Source of the DNA: Marsupella aquatica
Taxonomy: Eukaryota > Plantae > Marchantiophyta
Assembly: GCA_973895155.1 (NCBI GenBank)
Contig: OZ316892.1
Coordinates: 5,488,476-5,552,475, forward strand
Length of the DNA: 64,000 bases
Direction: 5' to 3'
Part shown: positions 60,801 through 64,000 of the stretch, in pieces
Layout: each line of letters starts with the position of its first letter
Numbering within the stretch: position 1 is the stretch's first letter
Position numbers and translations under genes: made by a program
Notes under the pieces: model-generated
What the model was told of the DNA's origin: nothing
The model's input: only the letters and a program-made list of their open reading frames with translations
Databases searched by the model: none

Positions 60801-61958
60801 ATGGCCCCCCGCAGGACTGTAATCGCCATTGTCGGTCCCACCGGGACGGGCAAGACTGCGCTTGGCCTCGCAATCGCTACACACCTCGGCACCGAAGTCA
60901 TTTCTGTCGACTCGCTTCAATGCTACAAGCACGGGCAAATCATCACAGCCGCTCCCAAAGCAGCCGAGAGGGAGCAAGTGAAGCACCACATGGTAGGTTA
61001 TTTGCAGCCAGACGAAGAGCCTGGAGAAGAGTTTGCGCTGCGGGCGGTGGCGGTGGCCGACGGGCTGCATGCGAAGGGCAAGATCCCTGTGCTGGTTGGC
61101 GGCAGCACGAGCCTGATGTTGCCGCTGCTGTTTTCTCCAGCTCGTGGTTCAGACAATGAGCAGACTCTGAAAGGCTCGTCCAATGATGCAGTGGGGAAGA
61201 ATCTTGGACGGCTGCGGTGGCGGACGCTGGTAATCGTACTCAATGCCAAGACTCAGGAGTGCCTGGAAAAGATATTAGACGCCCGGGTGGAGGACATGTT
61301 GGCAACGGGGTTGGTGAAGGAATTGCAGGAGTCCTTGTATTCGCTGCAAAAGAAGCTGCTGCCCGGGCAGAATGGGAGTAATCTGAGGAGGGGTGTGTGG
61401 AAATGTATTGGGTATCAGGAGCTGTATCCCTTTTTGGTTGCGACAGACGACACTCTGCAGAGAGTCGCTCCAAGCCCAGAGATTTCACCACGAGAGAACA
61501 ATGGGAATGGGAATGCGAACAGGCTAGTGGAGGAGGTGGCGATAGGGGAGCTGGCAAAGGGGTTGTTCAGGGAGGGAATTGAGCTGATGAAAGAAAATAC
61601 ACGGCGGTATGCGCAATGGCAGACCACGTGGGCGCAGAGCGTACTAGTGCCTGCTTTGAGGACGGAGGGGATGCCAGTGCACTGGTTTGAGATCCCATCT
61701 GAGACCTGTGTGGACGAGCGAGAAAAAGATGGAGGATTTTCGAATAGGTGGGTGGAGAGTGTGGAAGGACCAGCCATGAGGCTTTGTGAGGCTTGGAGGG
61801 CGGCGGCGCAAGAAGATGATGCTGGTCCTGGTGCCGTCGCGGCCGCGGTGGGAGAGGTAATGAAGGAGATTATAAATGTCCAGAAGTTTCAACAATGGGG
61901 GGACTCAGATCGGGATGGTATCTACTATCGTCATGGTTCGTTCTTGACGGCAGGATGA
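60801..61958 (+). CDS. IPT: Isopentenyl(dimethylallyl)transferase, IPT/MiaA family (cytokinin biosynthesis or tRNA modification), intronless
   Basis: GPTGTGKT P-loop, ISVDSLQCYK, HHMVG, VLVGGS, RVEDMLATGL, IGYQEL, TRRYA..Q..W; no C-terminal zinc finger. Confidence 0.92.
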   Translation: MAPRRTVIAIVGPTGTGKTALGLAIATHLGTEVISVDSLQCYKHGQIITAAPKAAEREQVKHHMVGYLQPDEEPGEEFALRAVAVADGLHAKGKIPVLVGGSTSLMLPLLFSPARGSDNEQTLKGSSNDAVGKNLGRLRWRTLVIVLNAKTQECLEKILDARVEDMLATGLVKELQESLYSLQKKLLPGQNGSNLRRGVWKCIGYQELYPFLVATDDTLQRVAPSPEISPRENNGNGNANRLVEEVAIGELAKGLFREGIELMKENTRRYAQWQTTWAQSVLVPALRTEGMPVHWFEIPSETCVDEREKDGGFSNRWVESVEGPAMRLCEAWRAAAQEDDAGPGAVAAAVGEVMKEIINVQKFQQWGDSDRDGIYYRHGSFLTAG

Positions 61959-62854
61959 TGTATACAACTTCTAAATTAATCGATCGACCTCCATAGATTC
62001 GACGGGGATGATGATGAAATCGAAGCATTACAGTATCTTCTTCCCCAGTTTGCTCCGTCCGGCCAGCTAGAGCTTCAGAGGAATAACATATACTTTGCTA
62101 ACTTTGCTGGGATGGTTTCCGAGGCTAAGAACGGTTCATTCAGCTAGAATGGACGCAGAGATCTCAGTCAGTAGATCCGTTAATATTGAACCGAGTCCAC
62201 CATAGACATACAGTGAGAGTGATTGCTGATTGAAATAATCTCAAGTCCTTGTAGAGCGAGAGAGCATTCTGTGAAATTTTGTATCGGAGGGAATCTACTC
62301 CGGATGCAGTATATATGGACCGAGTTTGGAGGGGAGACGCAGTTGAAGGAATGTTTCTCCCTCGATCTAGAAACAATATTAATACCAAGAGTTCCAGAAC
62401 GATGTAGGATTTAGCTCTGCATGCAGCTTTTCGGTAACTTAGCTCATTCAAGCACATGGGCTCCCTGGTTTCGGAGTCCGGAGTTCAAGTTCGGACTTCA
62501 TAGTTATATCGGCTCCCTGGTTTCGGAGTTCTAGTAGCATAAAATTATAGTGAAGAATCGCATATTGAAAAACAACTTAACTCTTCCAATATAGTTTCTT
62601 CATCTGGAAACTGTTTCGTGATGTTTAGGTTGGATCTAATTTATTTGTGACTGTTTCATCGTATTTGCTAAAATTGAGTGAATCAAATACAAGAGTAGAA
62701 GTACAACTAATGCAAAGAAATTATATTTTACATAATGTTCAGAAAAAGTATCTACACACTCTGACTAATAAAGGATCCGACTCTTTTGTAAGCATCCTCT
62801 TCAGTGTATTTGTTAAGGTTTTTAATTGGTTTTTTATATTTAGCCAGTGTGGCG

Positions 62855-63133
62855 ATGTTTGTTTCTGTAAGGGAGGAGATTCTAAAAATATTCTCCTTCC
62901 AACTCTACTCTTCTCCTTTAGCCAAATTCCACTTCCCCAAAAAACTTTAGCCACTTTTGGCTAATATTTGCTGCATTTTTTTTTACACCATTAGCCACTC
63001 TTCCACCAAATCATGGACCCCATTGTCCAGAATCTAACGGTTCTCCTTAAAACTATGGATATCATCACAATTTAATTCAGTAAAATCTGATAGAGAATAT
63101 TTTTAGAATCTCCTCCCTTAGAGAAATAAACAT
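62855..63133. mobile_element. MITE-like inverted-repeat element
   Basis: 41-bp inverted repeats (62855-62895 / 63093-63133) with about 2 mismatches; true ends may lie further out. Confidence 0.65.
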
Positions 63134-63399
63134 TTTTCAAAAAATTAAATCCCATACTAAGCCATATATTCCCATGTTTATGTGCAGTGGACCCTCTAAA
63201 ATTTTGCTAAAACAGATTTTTGTCCTTCCTCAGTTGGGCCCACAACATCTTTAAGGCTAGGACATCCTTTATGCAACTACTTATTTTCCACAACATCTAC
63301 TATGCAATGACATCATTCTTATGTGCAATTCATGGGTGCTAAACATGACTATATGGCCAGGATGATACATAACATACCCCAATAACTACCTCATCAATG

Positions 63400-63727
63400 A
63401 AGTTTACATTTTTTTTCCTCGCCTTGACATATTTTCTCATTTTGACATATTTTTCTCTCCCCAACATCTTTTCATCACCTTGACATTTGTTTTTTTTGTC
63501 TCGAGGTCTTTTCCTCATCTCAACAGTCATCTTTTCTTGTCCCAAGATTGTTTTCTCTCCTTGACATCTCTTTCTCACATCACAAACATTTTTTCACATC
63601 ATTTGACATCTTTTCCCACCTCAACACGGGCCTCAACATTTTCTCACCTTGACATCTTTCTCACATCACAAACATTTTTTCACATTGACATCTTTTCCCA
63701 CCTCAACATTTTCTCACCTTGACATCT
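63400..63727. repeat. Degenerate CATTTTCTCACCTTGACAT-type tandem array
   Basis: Repeated TGACAT/CAACAT plus T-run units of about 18-20 bp. Confidence 0.7.
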
Positions 63728-64000
63728 TCTGTGTAATGCATGGGCATGGGGCTCCTAAGTTTATGATATAACTGAGGTACAAAAGTGTTGTGCGCATAAA
63801 GTACAAATACTCATTTCCCTTAGGTAATGACACACATCAGTCAAAATCATGAGCTGAGGAAACAAAACCTCAAGGATAACTTAAAACACGATATGTCCAC
63901 CTTGACGTCATTTAGAATCATTGAATCCTTCATTTTGTTCTCTCAATGATGAGACCAGAGAGACTCTCTCTGGTAGTAGATATTCCTTGAGATTTGCTAG

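Noticed and set aside
61959-62500. LOG domain downstream of IPT (IPT-LOG fusion or cluster)
   Set aside because: No PGGxGTxE or other LOG motif recognised in the downstream frames.

Overview
Eukaryotic, intron-containing plant genomic DNA. A SAS-6 centriole gene points to a land plant with flagellated sperm (bryophyte/liverwort-like; inference). Bases 1-27.6 kb are a nest of transposons: a non-chromoviral Ty3/Gypsy element inserted into a Ty1/Copia element, a Sola1-like DDD transposon split by a 2.45-kb solo LTR, and a 3'-truncated Helitron. The rest holds three host-type genes (a two-domain hevein/CBM18 lectin with a hydrophobic tail, a multi-exon SAS-6, and an intronless isopentenyltransferase), a complete 5.85-kb PIF/Harbinger-superfamily (Pangu-like) transposon, SINEs, MITEs and local duplications. 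Main highlights: (1) two unrelated transposons, the Gypsy retroelement and the Harbinger-type DNA transposon, each carry an intact stand-alone RPA70 C-terminal (DBD-C, zinc-ribbon OB-fold)-like gene, in the Gypsy case apparently inside the LTR; (2) the IPT looks like fungal cytokinin-pathway IPTs and is a horizontal-transfer candidate; (3) the Gypsy pol and its 900-aa accessory ORF form one continuous reading frame. All family assignments are by motif recognition from memory; no database searches were run.
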